Shown here: positions 9,891 to 18,197 of the stretch, one piece after another
Layout: each line of letters opens with the position of its first letter
How positions within the stretch are numbered: position 1 is the first letter of the stretch
IMG/VR virus record: IMGVR_UViG_3300047479_000009
Coordinates: 1-37,848 of that record
Reading direction: 5' to 3' (one strand)
DNA from: a virus
Lineage: Duplodnaviria > Caudoviricetes
Length of the DNA stretch: 37,848 nt
Notes under the pieces: model-generated
Databases searched by the model: none
What the model was told of the DNA's origin: nothing
The model's input: the letters and a program-made list of their open reading frames with translations, nothing else
Translations under genes and position numbers: made by a program

Positions 9891-10033
9891 GCTGCGTCCC
9901 CAATGTTTAGGTGCGCGTTTGTTTCGGTGCGCTCAACCACCTGATACCCTTGGTAGGCTGAAATAGCCCACTCCATTGATGGTACAGAGACGATGTTTTC
10001 CACCACTCCGTTGAGAATCAGGAAAACGTCCAT
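9887..10033 (-). CDS. Small hypothetical protein (48 aa, not in ORF track)
   Basis: MDVFLILNGVVENIVSVPSMEW...GDAA*. Fills the operon gap, with an ATGA overlap at 9887-9890. Confidence 0.7.
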   Translation of the reverse strand: MDVFLILNGVVENIVSVPSMEWAISAYQGYQVVERTETNAHLNIGDAA

Positions 10034-10035
10034 GG

Positions 10036-10446
10036 TTACGCCGCCGTAAAGACGTTGCCGGAGAATGTAAAGGTGAACGTGTCACCGCTTGCAAGCGTCA
10101 CAGGTGCCCCGTAATCCCACTGTGCTACAGGTGTCCCTGTAGTTGTGTCCCAAAGCACTGCGTACTGGAATGGCCCAACAGCACCGCTGGCAGTCCACAC
10201 CGCCGGATTGCCTAGCGTGAACGTGTACGTCCCTGCCGATTGCGCCGCAGTAGTGATAGAACAGCTATTGCCGCCAGCGGTATAGCCATTGCCAGTAGCC
10301 AGGTCATCAGTACCAGCAACAAAGCTAGTTTTAGCAACAGCACTAGCATTAGAAAGGGCAACTTTCCAAGTATCAGATCCAACATTGATGCCCTCCAGCA
10401 GCGGCTCAATGGCTGCGGTGCATTTTGTATAGGTTGCGGTAGGCAT
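10036..10446 (-). CDS. Virion structural protein (fibre-module component)
   Basis: 136 aa. DT.KVAL, TGNGYTAGG and WDYG...TL..GDTFT motifs common in phage structural genes. Confidence 0.6.
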   Translation of the reverse strand: MPTATYTKCTAAIEPLLEGINVGSDTWKVALSNASAVAKTSFVAGTDDLATGNGYTAGGNSCSITTAAQSAGTYTFTLGNPAVWTASGAVGPFQYAVLWDTTTGTPVAQWDYGAPVTLASGDTFTFTFSGNVFTAA

Positions 10447-10448
10447 AT

Positions 10449-12713
10449 TTATGCTCCTTGATTAACGTGTTGCACACCGATAGCCTTACCTTGTGCGTCA
10501 CGCACAATCACTTTCGGCGCATTCATTTGTTGGACTACTGCTTGAAGTCCGGCGAGTACCTGAGACATGGCATCTACCTGTGCAGCGGCTCCCTGCGGTG
10601 TAGTGCCATTCAGCTTCATTTCTTCAATGTAGATACGTGTCTGAGCTTCAAACTCAGCTTTCCACTTATCGAATTCAAGCTGTTGCTGTGCAAGTTGGGC
10701 GTCATACTGAGCCTTAGCCATTTCTCGGGCCGCATCACGCTCATCATTGGCACGCTGTAGCTCAAGCGAAGCTTGAATCTCTTGCAGCTTGGTTTGTGCC
10801 TTGATAGCCTCAATCTCTTTGGTAAGCTGTGTTTCGGCCTGAAACTTCTGTATTTCCGACTGCGTTTGCGCTTGGAATTTCTGCGCCTCGTTTTGTATCT
10901 TCATTTGCTCAAGCTGCACCGGAATAGGCGGTGGAGCAGGAGGCATTGGATTCTGCGTCGGGTCAACAATGAAGTTTTGTACGTCCTTGAATCCTGTGTT
11001 TTCCACAATCTTGGACATGGTGTGGTAAATCTGCTTCGGCGTAGCGATACCCATTTGCAAACCGGCCTGTTGCATTTGGAATATGTTGGTCAGTTGTGCG
11101 GCCTTCTGCTGTACGTCACCAGTGCCCAAACCGACATTAATTGTCATGTCGTAGGAGTCTCGCCACTCATTCGGGTCATACTCGACAAATTTGTCACGCA
11201 GACGGAATGCCAGCTTTTCCATTTCCCCGTCCGTCAAGACTTTCAGAATGCCTTGGAAGATAGGCTTAACCAAGCATTCGGCAACGATTCGTGCGATAAG
11301 CTCGATACGCTGTGCCGCCGCTGTCATGTCCATTGCACGGCCTGTAGCGGTGTTATTCATGCTGTCAGGATTCAAGCCCTGAGAGGTACGGGAAACGCCT
11401 GTACGGTTTTCACGCATACCCTGCACGTATTCCAACATTGGCATAGACGCCGCTGCTGCAAACGGAGTAACCTGCTCTGTCACCGCGTTAACGTCACGCT
11501 GGCGAATCACACCACCTGCGCGGGAGTCCAGCAAGTCGTCAATGTTTGCCAATGGCGACCAATTAGCGTCCGTAAGAACTTTCGTGCGCGGGTTGTTTGT
11601 CAGGTACAGATTGTTAAGCGTCTGACGCAGCAACTCAGTGTGCAACTTCTGCAAGTCTGCCACAGCGTCAGCGATAGACATACCGTCCCAACGGTGCGTA
11701 TTCAGGATTGGGCTTGCTGTAGCGATAGGTACGTGGCTTGTCACCTCGCAGGACAGAATCTTGTCCCGCAAGCGATACACACACAGACGCTCTGCAATTC
11801 CGTCTCCGTCACGGTCAGCCAGGACGTATTCAATACGCAGCCAGCCTTCAGCCATTGCGTCGTCGTCGCTGTCACCGTCGCCAAACTCGTTATCAGTTGA
11901 CGTGGATTGGTTGTCCACGTTTGCCAAACGGCTCAATCCATTGACGTTGTGGTCAATGTTGTCGCTAGAACGCAAATCCTCTGCCGTAACGTCAAAGCCC
12001 ATTTGCTTCAAGTCGGACAGCGTTACCAACATGAGACGCCCAACATACTGGCAATCGTGCAATAGCGGTGAAGTCCAATCGCGCTGCACTAGAAGCTGAT
12101 CTGGCGAGAAAGCCTCAACCTTGACGATTGTCTTTTTCTCCGTCTTCTTCATGCGCCCGTTGTAGACAGTAATGGGAATGCCCATTTGATCGACTACTTG
12201 GACAGGTGTAGCAGATTCAATCTCTGCGTCTTCCTCCTGAAGCATGAGAGCCAGCATTTCCTCTGTGGCGCCCTTGAATGGCACAGAAGACACGGTTTCG
12301 TTAGTCTCCTTGCGCCACATAACAGCGCAATTCTTCACCGTCAGCATATCCTTCAGGCAGGTATACAGCACGATAAAGCCGTTGTTTTGCTTGTAGAAGA
12401 CGTAGTTACAAGCCTCTGTAGCTTGCTCACAAGGCTCAACGTCATTAGCTGTGGACGGATCGAATGAAACCGCCTTATCCGTTGACGTGAAGGTTTTCAG
12501 GAGTGCTGGCAAAATCCACTCGACCGAGTCCTGGACATCACTGGCGACAATCTGCGACCAGCCTTCTTCCTCGTTGCCATAAGGCATACGGTGATACTCG
12601 CGCATTGCGGTTTCACGCTCACTGCCAAGGCTTCCATGAATGTAATGCGCCGCAGAATCTTCCTTCAACTGAAGGATAGATAGCAAATCTTCGTCGTCCA
12701 ATCGCTCGCTCAT
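10449..12713 (-). CDS. Portal protein (P22-like, long C-terminal coiled coil)
   Basis: 754 aa, follows the terminase. S.DV.D.VEW..P.L, E.RTGVSR...G and TATG motifs, and a Q/E-rich helical tail. Confidence 0.9.
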   Translation of the reverse strand: MSERLDDEDLLSILQLKEDSAAHYIHGSLGSERETAMREYHRMPYGNEEEGWSQIVASDVQDSVEWILPALLKTFTSTDKAVSFDPSTANDVEPCEQATEACNYVFYKQNNGFIVLYTCLKDMLTVKNCAVMWRKETNETVSSVPFKGATEEMLALMLQEEDAEIESATPVQVVDQMGIPITVYNGRMKKTEKKTIVKVEAFSPDQLLVQRDWTSPLLHDCQYVGRLMLVTLSDLKQMGFDVTAEDLRSSDNIDHNVNGLSRLANVDNQSTSTDNEFGDGDSDDDAMAEGWLRIEYVLADRDGDGIAERLCVYRLRDKILSCEVTSHVPIATASPILNTHRWDGMSIADAVADLQKLHTELLRQTLNNLYLTNNPRTKVLTDANWSPLANIDDLLDSRAGGVIRQRDVNAVTEQVTPFAAAASMPMLEYVQGMRENRTGVSRTSQGLNPDSMNNTATGRAMDMTAAAQRIELIARIVAECLVKPIFQGILKVLTDGEMEKLAFRLRDKFVEYDPNEWRDSYDMTINVGLGTGDVQQKAAQLTNIFQMQQAGLQMGIATPKQIYHTMSKIVENTGFKDVQNFIVDPTQNPMPPAPPPIPVQLEQMKIQNEAQKFQAQTQSEIQKFQAETQLTKEIEAIKAQTKLQEIQASLELQRANDERDAAREMAKAQYDAQLAQQQLEFDKWKAEFEAQTRIYIEEMKLNGTTPQGAAAQVDAMSQVLAGLQAVVQQMNAPKVIVRDAQGKAIGVQHVNQGA

Positions 12714-12749
12714 TGCTTAACGCCTTTCGCGTACCAGCTAAATGCAATG

Positions 12750-12768
12750 ATTGTCAGAATTGGTAATG
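12750..12768 (-). promoter_or_regulatory. Putative late promoter CATTACCA-N5-GACAAT (other copies at 1535, 6224, 7306, 14640, 33845)
   Basis: The motif recurs on the minus strand upstream of structural gene blocks. Confidence 0.65.
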
Positions 12769-12769
12769 A

Positions 12770-14050
12770 CTAAGCGATAAACCGGCCTGTTCTGTACTTG
12801 ATAGGCTTAACCGAGCCGTTACTGTTGCTCAGTGAGTCGGCCACGATACAGGCGTATCTAAAAGCGTCAGCACCGTGCGAGTATTCGTCGTGAAGTGCAG
12901 AGCCAGCCTCGTTAGTCTGCTTGTTGATGTGGCGGCGGTATCGTTTAAGACACTCGATTAACCGGCCTGCCTTGTCTTGGTTGAAGTAAATCCGGCTGAA
13001 TGTCATACGCGCAGCCCGAATACCCTCTTCTATGCCCATGTTGGGTGTCTGCTCAACCGTACAGCCCAGAGCTTCCATGATTTCCTGTGCGCTCTTGCCG
13101 GTCTTGAAGTCTTTAGCAAACCCGTCATGGGGTAGATAGTGAGTGCCCCAATTCAGCGGCATATTCTTCAACTGCCTAACGTAATCGTCCAGTGTCCTGT
13201 GCGAGTCCTCGATGTAGTCCACGATGCGTAGCTCTGAGGCTTGACGTTGAACCAGGACGATAGACATAGAATCATTCCAGCCCAAATCCCAAACGGCGTG
13301 AGTTTTCAGCAATGGATCAGCAGGTACAGCCCTAATCCGTCCTTCACGCTCTGCCGCTGCCACCTCTTCAAAGTAGATAGCACCCGTAACCGCTGGCAAG
13401 CACTCGCCTTCCCATACATTGCGGTACTCTTCTGGCTTCATAGTAGCTTCAGCGTGAATGCGCTCGTCATTCAGGATTGCGGGAAAGTGCGGGTTTTCCG
13501 TCCAATTCATTAGCACCGACACACAATCTGGCGGTGGACTTATGACAAACATTTGATGCGTCGGGTCAGTCTCTAGCTCAGGGTTGTATGTCACCCAAAT
13601 CTCGCTGCCTTCCTTACGAATGGTAGGAATCAGTGTTTTCCAAGACTTTGCGCTGATTGCTTGTGCCTCTTCGCACCAAACAATATCAACCCCCTCAAAC
13701 GACTTTAGACCAGTCGCTGTAATGTCTGACAAACCGCTGAAGAAGATTTGCGAACCGTTTATTCCGCGAATCTCAGTCTGCAACACCTCGAAGAAGTCCT
13801 GTAGCCCAAGCATTGCTATCTGGTCGGCCAAAAGCTGGTGGACGGACTGCTGAATATTCTTCTGGATTTCCCGAGTACACAGAGCGCGGGTTTGCTTTGT
13901 CAGGCAAGCGTACAGCAGCGACCTAGCGAATCCCCAAGACTTTCCAGACCCTCGACCACCTCTAGCTACCTTGTACCGTGCTGGCTTTTGAAGGAAAGAG
14001 AGCGCCTTTGGAATCCTGAAGTCTGCGTTAATCGTAGTTGACTGTTGCAT
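12770..14050 (-). CDS. terL: Terminase large subunit, PBSX family
   Basis: Walker A GGRGSGKS, Walker B VWCEEA, IPTIRK, WDLG nuclease motif, SHGADAFRY. Confidence 0.95.
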   Translation of the reverse strand: MQQSTTINADFRIPKALSFLQKPARYKVARGGRGSGKSWGFARSLLYACLTKQTRALCTREIQKNIQQSVHQLLADQIAMLGLQDFFEVLQTEIRGINGSQIFFSGLSDITATGLKSFEGVDIVWCEEAQAISAKSWKTLIPTIRKEGSEIWVTYNPELETDPTHQMFVISPPPDCVSVLMNWTENPHFPAILNDERIHAEATMKPEEYRNVWEGECLPAVTGAIYFEEVAAAEREGRIRAVPADPLLKTHAVWDLGWNDSMSIVLVQRQASELRIVDYIEDSHRTLDDYVRQLKNMPLNWGTHYLPHDGFAKDFKTGKSAQEIMEALGCTVEQTPNMGIEEGIRAARMTFSRIYFNQDKAGRLIECLKRYRRHINKQTNEAGSALHDEYSHGADAFRYACIVADSLSNSNGSVKPIKYRTGRFIA

Positions 14051-14399
14051 TTACGGTAACGCTCATGGCGACTTTGGTAGGCTCGTTGAAACCGTGCATG
14101 GCATTCAATTCCTTGATTGCAGACACTTTTTCGTTTGCCCTAGTCTCTTCCCCTTTGGCTATCTCTGCGAGTGCCTGAACGCTGTCTAGGCGCGTCCAAA
14201 TGGCTGCTATTGCGATAGCTTCCCGAAGCTCTTTCACCCTCATGGAAATATCATGGCCGGACATGAGCAAAGACGCCTCGTTATACACAACTGCGTCACT
14301 GCTGTTATCGCACTCGTAAGCAGTACGGTAGGCGTCTGCCTGAGTCATTCCGCTGGCTACTGCCTGTGCGAATGCTTCTTGTTTGCCAGTTAGGGCCAT
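14028..14399 (-). CDS. terS: Terminase small subunit
   Basis: LT.KQE.FA......T..DAYR.AY N-terminal HTH, immediately upstream of terL. Confidence 0.85.
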   Translation of the reverse strand: MALTGKQEAFAQAVASGMTQADAYRTAYECDNSSDAVVYNEASLLMSGHDISMRVKELREAIAIAAIWTRLDSVQALAEIAKGEETRANEKVSAIKELNAMHGFNEPTKVAMSVTVNATVNYD

Positions 14400-14487
14400 G
14401 GTGTCATTTCCTTTACCGAGTTCACCTTAAAGCGATTGTTCGGATAAATGCTCCCCTTTACCGCAGGGGAAAGCGGTTTTGGCTACT

Positions 14488-14559
14488 TCAGCAGCCCTTC
14501 TTACCCTTACCAGGAGGGCACTTGTCTACAGGTTTCTTGACGGGTTTCTTAGTAGCCAT
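14488..14559 (-). CDS. 23-aa lysine-rich peptide (MATKKPVKKPVDKCPPGKGKKGC)
   Basis: ATG after an AAGGT RBS. First ORF of the late operon. Confidence 0.5.
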   Translation of the reverse strand: MATKKPVKKPVDKCPPGKGKKGC

Positions 14560-14571
14560 GATTTACCTTGT

Positions 14572-14596
14572 AAAAAAGCCAGCCCCGAAGGGCCGG
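14572..14596 (-). terminator. Intrinsic terminator about 60 nt after a putative late promoter
   Basis: CCGGCCC-TTCG-GGGCTGG-CTTTTTT on the minus strand. Confidence 0.8.
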
Positions 14597-14636
14597 TAAG
14601 TAGTCGGATCAGGACTACAGGGGGAAGGAGAATGAG

Positions 14637-14939
14637 CTAATTGTCGGAATTGGTAATGAGTGCGTGGAACACTGACTTAACGCCTTTTAGACAATCGGGG
14701 AAAGTGTCAATGCGTCCAGGCAGTAGATAGATTGCCCGTCCCTGTGCGTCACGGTGCTTTGTACAGATTGCGCCTATGTATGCCAAGTTTGCTATGGCTC
14801 CAGCCACCTGTCCTTTGTTTAACTTGGTTTCAGTGCGTATATCAAGCAAGGTAACGTGCCCGTTTTCTATTGCTTCTAAGACTAGCCTCATTGACGAGAA
14901 TGGGCGCTTGAATTGAAGTGGCTGGCCTTTTTTCAGCAA
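14637..14939 (-). CDS. Winged-HTH protein, candidate late transcription regulator
   Basis: VLEAIENG..T..DI...T.L....V...IANL...G.I wHTH pattern. TTG start after AAGGAG. Last gene of the early operon, in the position lambda Q occupies. Confidence 0.55.
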   Translation of the reverse strand: MLKKGQPLQFKRPFSSMRLVLEAIENGHVTLLDIRTETKLNKGQVAGAIANLAYIGAICTKHRDAQGRAIYLLPGRIDTFPDCLKGVKSVFHALITNSDN

Positions 14940-15487
14940 GATAGCTCCTTTAGCTTGCGACGGTACGTTTCCTTGATTTCTATCAACTCTTCCCGAGTCC
15001 ACTTGTGAGGCGTGTTGTCAGCTTCCAATGCTTCGACTCGCTCCAGGCCAATCCTTGCTATCAGTCCAATGCGGTAGTCAACAGCGCGGCCTGCTCCGTA
15101 CCTGTTGCAGACTTTTCTCTGAGCATGGCAGTTGTCCTCGTTAAATCTAAGGTGACTCGCGCTACCAGTGCTGCGGTAGTGTCCAGCGTCGTAACCGCCA
15201 CCAACTGAGGATTCCCCGAGAGGCTGTCCACAGCAGATACACGGTCGAAGCTGATCCCGTAGACGTATGAAAGCGTTGAATGCAATTTGAGCGTCCTTGA
15301 TTAAGTCGGGGATTCGCTTGAGCGCAGCCTTCCTAGCTTTGTCGCGCTCAAGTTCTTCCTTTTTTTGAGCACGTACTAAGCGACTTGCACAAATTTGGGA
15401 GCACACAGCCTGTAGAGGCCTAACAGGAATGAAGTCGCAATCACACTGCCTGCAAGTCTTTTTCTTGCTTGAACTTATTTCCATCAA
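14933..15487 (-). CDS. ninG: NinG/Rap-family recombination endonuclease
   Basis: AQ.AFN.FIRLRD...PCICCG, YDAGHYRS.G...HLRF.E.NCHAQ and YR.GLI.RIG motifs. Confidence 0.9.
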   Translation of the reverse strand: MMEISSSKKKTCRQCDCDFIPVRPLQAVCSQICASRLVRAQKKEELERDKARKAALKRIPDLIKDAQIAFNAFIRLRDQLRPCICCGQPLGESSVGGGYDAGHYRSTGSASHLRFNEDNCHAQRKVCNRYGAGRAVDYRIGLIARIGLERVEALEADNTPHKWTREELIEIKETYRRKLKELSC

Positions 15488-16059
15488 ATTTCTCCTGTGC
15501 GCTTTAGGCGTGAATACAGCGTTGCATACTTGATGCCGCTTTTTCTAGCGACATTTGCAATCGTTACCTTCTCTCCGTCACGGATAAGAAATCTGTTGGT
15601 GCATGTATTATTTTGTTGCTCTCTATGTGTTGCCCACCTGCAATTTGAAGGCTCATAGTTACCGTTGCAGTCAATTCTTTCAAGTGTCATTCCGTCTGGA
15701 CGCGGCCCCATGTCTTCGTAAAACGACACGAATCCTTTTAGCCACTTTCCGCAAACCTGAATGCCTCTTCCTCCATATCGGTGGTAAGCCTCATGCGTTG
15801 GCAAGTAGCACCTAGAAATCATTGATGAATAACTTGAATGTCCTGGCGTCTTAGTGCCGATTCCATGAGTGCCCTTAGTTGTGCATGTCTTGCTTTTTCC
15901 ACAGATCAAATGCGTTTGATATATGGTTTTCTCCTTGCCGCACACGCACCTGCACTTCCACATGGCTTTATTGCACTTTGAATTTGGCGCTCTTTCTATA
16001 ACTGTCCAATCTCCAAAAACTTGACCTTGAAAAAAGTGTTTTTTTCTTGGATCAGTCAT
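15484..16059 (-). CDS. HNH-like homing endonuclease between ninB and ninG
   Basis: WKCRCVCG, YGGRGI.VC..W, DMG.RP...TLERID.NGNYEP.NCRWAT..EQ.NN. Confidence 0.85.
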   Translation of the reverse strand: MTDPRKKHFFQGQVFGDWTVIERAPNSKCNKAMWKCRCVCGKEKTIYQTHLICGKSKTCTTKGTHGIGTKTPGHSSYSSMISRCYLPTHEAYHRYGGRGIQVCGKWLKGFVSFYEDMGPRPDGMTLERIDCNGNYEPSNCRWATHREQQNNTCTNRFLIRDGEKVTIANVARKSGIKYATLYSRLKRTGEI

Positions 16060-16456
16060 GGAATACCACCCCGCGCTCTGCACCGAATGCCATTGCCAAT
16101 TCCAGCAACTCCGACATTTCCTCTTTAGTCATTTTGCTGGTGGACAAACCCAAGACTACGAAACCACCGTCAACCCCAGGCACTGTCCTTTGCTTGCGTA
16201 GCGAGGCAGTTAACATTGTTTTCCAATCGTCTGCGGTTAACTTTTCACCGTACCAACTGACTTGATTAGCTATGTCCGTCAGTGCTGCCCACATGAGCCG
16301 GTTTTGCTCATTGCTGCGCTTTTCCTTGCGTACCGTTACCTGTAGGCGGTGTCCGGCAGTGAGATAAGGCTTGATAGTTGCCCACAATTCTGAAAGTGCC
16401 TTGTGTCCCTGTTGAGCGTTGTATAGCGTGTAAGTGCTGCTCACTTGCAACTCCAA
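16052..16456 (-). CDS. ninB: NinB/Orf family recombination protein
   Basis: KRS.EQN..MWA.L.DIA.QV.W.G..L...DWK and G.STSKM...EMSEL.E...AFGAE.GV motifs. Confidence 0.9.
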   Translation of the reverse strand: MELQVSSTYTLYNAQQGHKALSELWATIKPYLTAGHRLQVTVRKEKRSNEQNRLMWAALTDIANQVSWYGEKLTADDWKTMLTASLRKQRTVPGVDGGFVVLGLSTSKMTKEEMSELLELAMAFGAERGVVFHD

Positions 16457-16638
16457 ACCCTAGGGCCAATACTTAGCAACCAAGCGTCAAAACCGGCTTT
16501 ATTTGATTCTTGTAGTAACCAACTTTCATACGCTGCTTTAGGTGTCTTTCCAAAACCAACACTGTCGTATTTACCTATTGGGTGACACTTCCATGTTCGC
16601 TCAGGCGCATTCCTAATCAATGAGATATTCGGCTTCAT
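16441..16638 (-). CDS. Hypothetical protein
   Basis: 65 aa with a G.G.TP..AY..W motif. Operon packing. Confidence 0.6.
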   Translation of the reverse strand: MKPNISLIRNAPERTWKCHPIGKYDSVGFGKTPKAAYESWLLQESNKAGFDAWLLSIGPRVWSCK

Positions 16639-16835
16639 TCTGTGTCCTCAATCTCACGCATAAGCGCCCTGCAACGTCCTTCAAATCCCTTGCCGAACAC
16701 CCGCGCCTCTAAGTGCTGCAACCTATCTGCAAGCCACATTGCTGCCTGTGATTTGCCGCTCTTGGCTACTTGGTGGTGGTAGTACATTCTTTGCATACGG
16801 GCTTCCCCTTTTTCTAGTTGCGCTCTGTCACTCAA
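16635..16835 (-). CDS. Hypothetical protein
   Basis: About 66 aa. Operon packing with overlaps on both sides. Confidence 0.6.
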   Translation of the reverse strand: MSDRAQLEKGEARMQRMYYHHQVAKSGKSQAAMWLADRLQHLEARVFGKGFEGRCRALMREIEDTE

Positions 16836-16945
16836 TCCAAGTCACCAGTTAGACGCAGGGCCATGTCAATCACCTGTCTGGGAAAGTGACTACCAGTACC
16901 GCGACGGATTGAATCAAGGATTGCTTTTGCTTCAAAGTAAGTCAT
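16832..16945 (-). CDS. Small hypothetical protein (37 aa, not in ORF track)
   Basis: MTYFEAKAILDSIRRG...ALRLTGDLD*. ATGA overlap upstream; fills the operon gap. Confidence 0.65.
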   Translation of the reverse strand: MTYFEAKAILDSIRRGTGSHFPRQVIDMALRLTGDLD

Positions 16946-17124
16946 GTCATGTCACTCGGTAGCGCAAGAAAGATTTGCTTTTCATTCAATGCCTCTGCCC
17001 TTGCTATCAGGTAGCGAAGAAAAGGCATTGCTTCTTTGTTGATATGGAATGAAAACGTAGGGCTTTCGTCCTTTAGAGCAGGCTTAAACCAATCGACGTT
17101 GATAGCAATAGTTAAGTGCTTCAT
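16942..17124 (-). CDS. Hypothetical protein
   Basis: 60 aa with ATGA overlaps. Confidence 0.55.
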   Translation of the reverse strand: MKHLTIAINVDWFKPALKDESPTFSFHINKEAMPFLRYLIARAEALNEKQIFLALPSDMT

Positions 17125-17456
17125 ACGCGCCCCGTAATCTTTGAGAAGTGCTCTCGAAGGTTTGCTGGTATCGGTGCAGCCTTCTTGCTGTCCTCTGCAA
17201 TCTTCTTCAGCGCAGGGTCAATAGCAGTCTTGGACTCGGAGCGAAGTTGTCCAGGAAACACACCGCGCCAGCCCTTCATGATTGACTGCTCAAGACTGTT
17301 ATTCGGGTCGTAGCCTTCTTGGTGGAACTTCATAAGCTCCTTTAGGACTAGCTTCTTTGCGAACTCGGTAACTGGTGCGCGAGAACCCATCTTCTTACGC
17401 ATGGCCCAAAACTCTTCCCAAAGCTCGTTATCAATATAGGCTGGTAGACAATTCAA
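17121..17456 (-). CDS. Stand-alone C-terminal domain resembling lambdoid replication initiators
   Basis: LP..I..ELW..F..MRKK.....T......L..L......G.D....LEQSI..GW.G.F pattern. No N-terminal HTH or iterons seen. Confidence 0.55.
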   Translation of the reverse strand: MNCLPAYIDNELWEEFWAMRKKMGSRAPVTEFAKKLVLKELMKFHQEGYDPNNSLEQSIMKGWRGVFPGQLRSESKTAIDPALKKIAEDSKKAAPIPANLREHFSKITGRV

Positions 17457-17650
17457 GATTCATCCTCCTGAATCTCCATTGAGAACTTGTTTTCAGCCAG
17501 AAGTCGTTGCAACTCCAGCATTACCAACTCGACTTGATCGCCATTCAAAGCCACAAGTTGATCGTCGTCGGGCCACCCAACTTGACGTATTGATACGCCA
17601 CCTGCGTCGTTCAAGTAAACGTGCGTTTCTTGCAGTGCCATTAGCTTCAT
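17453..17650 (-). CDS. Hypothetical protein
   Basis: 65 aa with a strong AGGAGG RBS. Confidence 0.65.
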   Translation of the reverse strand: MKLMALQETHVYLNDAGGVSIRQVGWPDDDQLVALNGDQVELVMLELQRLLAENKFSMEIQEDES

Positions 17651-17669
17651 TCCCCCTCCTATTTATTTG

Positions 17670-17867
17670 TTATTGATACGCTGCTGGTGCGCGTCCAAAA
17701 TATCGTTTTAGCTTTCCTTCCTGCTTCTTCAGGATCGTCCAGCCCTGCTCCTTCAAGTCACTCAATCTCCGGTGAGGGCTGACACTAGGAAGGACCGCTG
17801 CAATGTCCACAGAGGTACAGCCAGACTTGCGAAGAAGTAGCTTTTTCAGCTTGTCGTGTTGCGTCAT
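17670..17867 (-). CDS. Small winged-HTH DNA-binding protein
   Basis: T..DI........RRLSDLK..GW.I wHTH pattern. Follows cro. Confidence 0.7.
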   Translation of the reverse strand: MTQHDKLKKLLLRKSGCTSVDIAAVLPSVSPHRRLSDLKEQGWTILKKQEGKLKRYFGRAPAAYQ

Positions 17868-17914
17868 GTGTTTATCCCCATGCTGTTGAAAATTTCATAT
17901 TGACTTTGTGAACG

Positions 17915-17930
17915 CTTAGACCAGACTAAG
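17915..17930. promoter_or_regulatory. Repressor operator CTTAG-ACCAGA-CTAAG downstream of cro
   Basis: Perfect match to the CTTAG-N6-CTAAG palindrome found at 18136 and 19810. Confidence 0.6.
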
Positions 17931-18126
17931 GTTCTTTCCTTATGTTTTCAGGTAACATGTCTTCAAGCTTTACGCGCCCTTTTGTAAGTTTCTTAAGAGC
18001 CAACATGTGCTCTTTAGGTACTCCGTTAGTGCGCCATTGCGGAACTGCACCCGATGACAAACCGAAATGCTCAGTGACAAGCTTTACTCGGCCTCGTTTT
18101 TCATCCAACCATTCATTTAGTTTCAT
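17926..18126 (-). CDS. cro: Cro-like HTH regulator
   Basis: MKLNEWL...RGR...V..HFGLS.GAV.QW..NGVP. Divergent from the repressor. Start revised to 18126. Confidence 0.8.
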   Translation of the reverse strand: MKLNEWLDEKRGRVKLVTEHFGLSSGAVPQWRTNGVPKEHMLALKKLTKGRVKLEDMLPENIRKEP

Positions 18127-18193
18127 ACTAAGTATCTTAGCTGAAGCTAAGTTGACTGGCAACAATAGCTAAGAAACCCTACGCTGGACTAAG
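18117..18193. promoter_or_regulatory. OR-like region: pR (minus strand TTGCCA-17-TAAGAT, 18162..18134) and four operator-like sites
   Basis: Perfect CTTAGCTGAAGCTAAG at 18136-18151. CTAAG half-sites at 18128, 18147, 18169 and 18189, spaced 19-22 nt apart. Confidence 0.75.
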
Positions 18194-18197
18194 GTAT

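Noticed and set aside
10773-11900. 375-aa plus-strand ORF
   Set aside because: Entirely antisense to the portal gene, with no recognisable motif or RBS.
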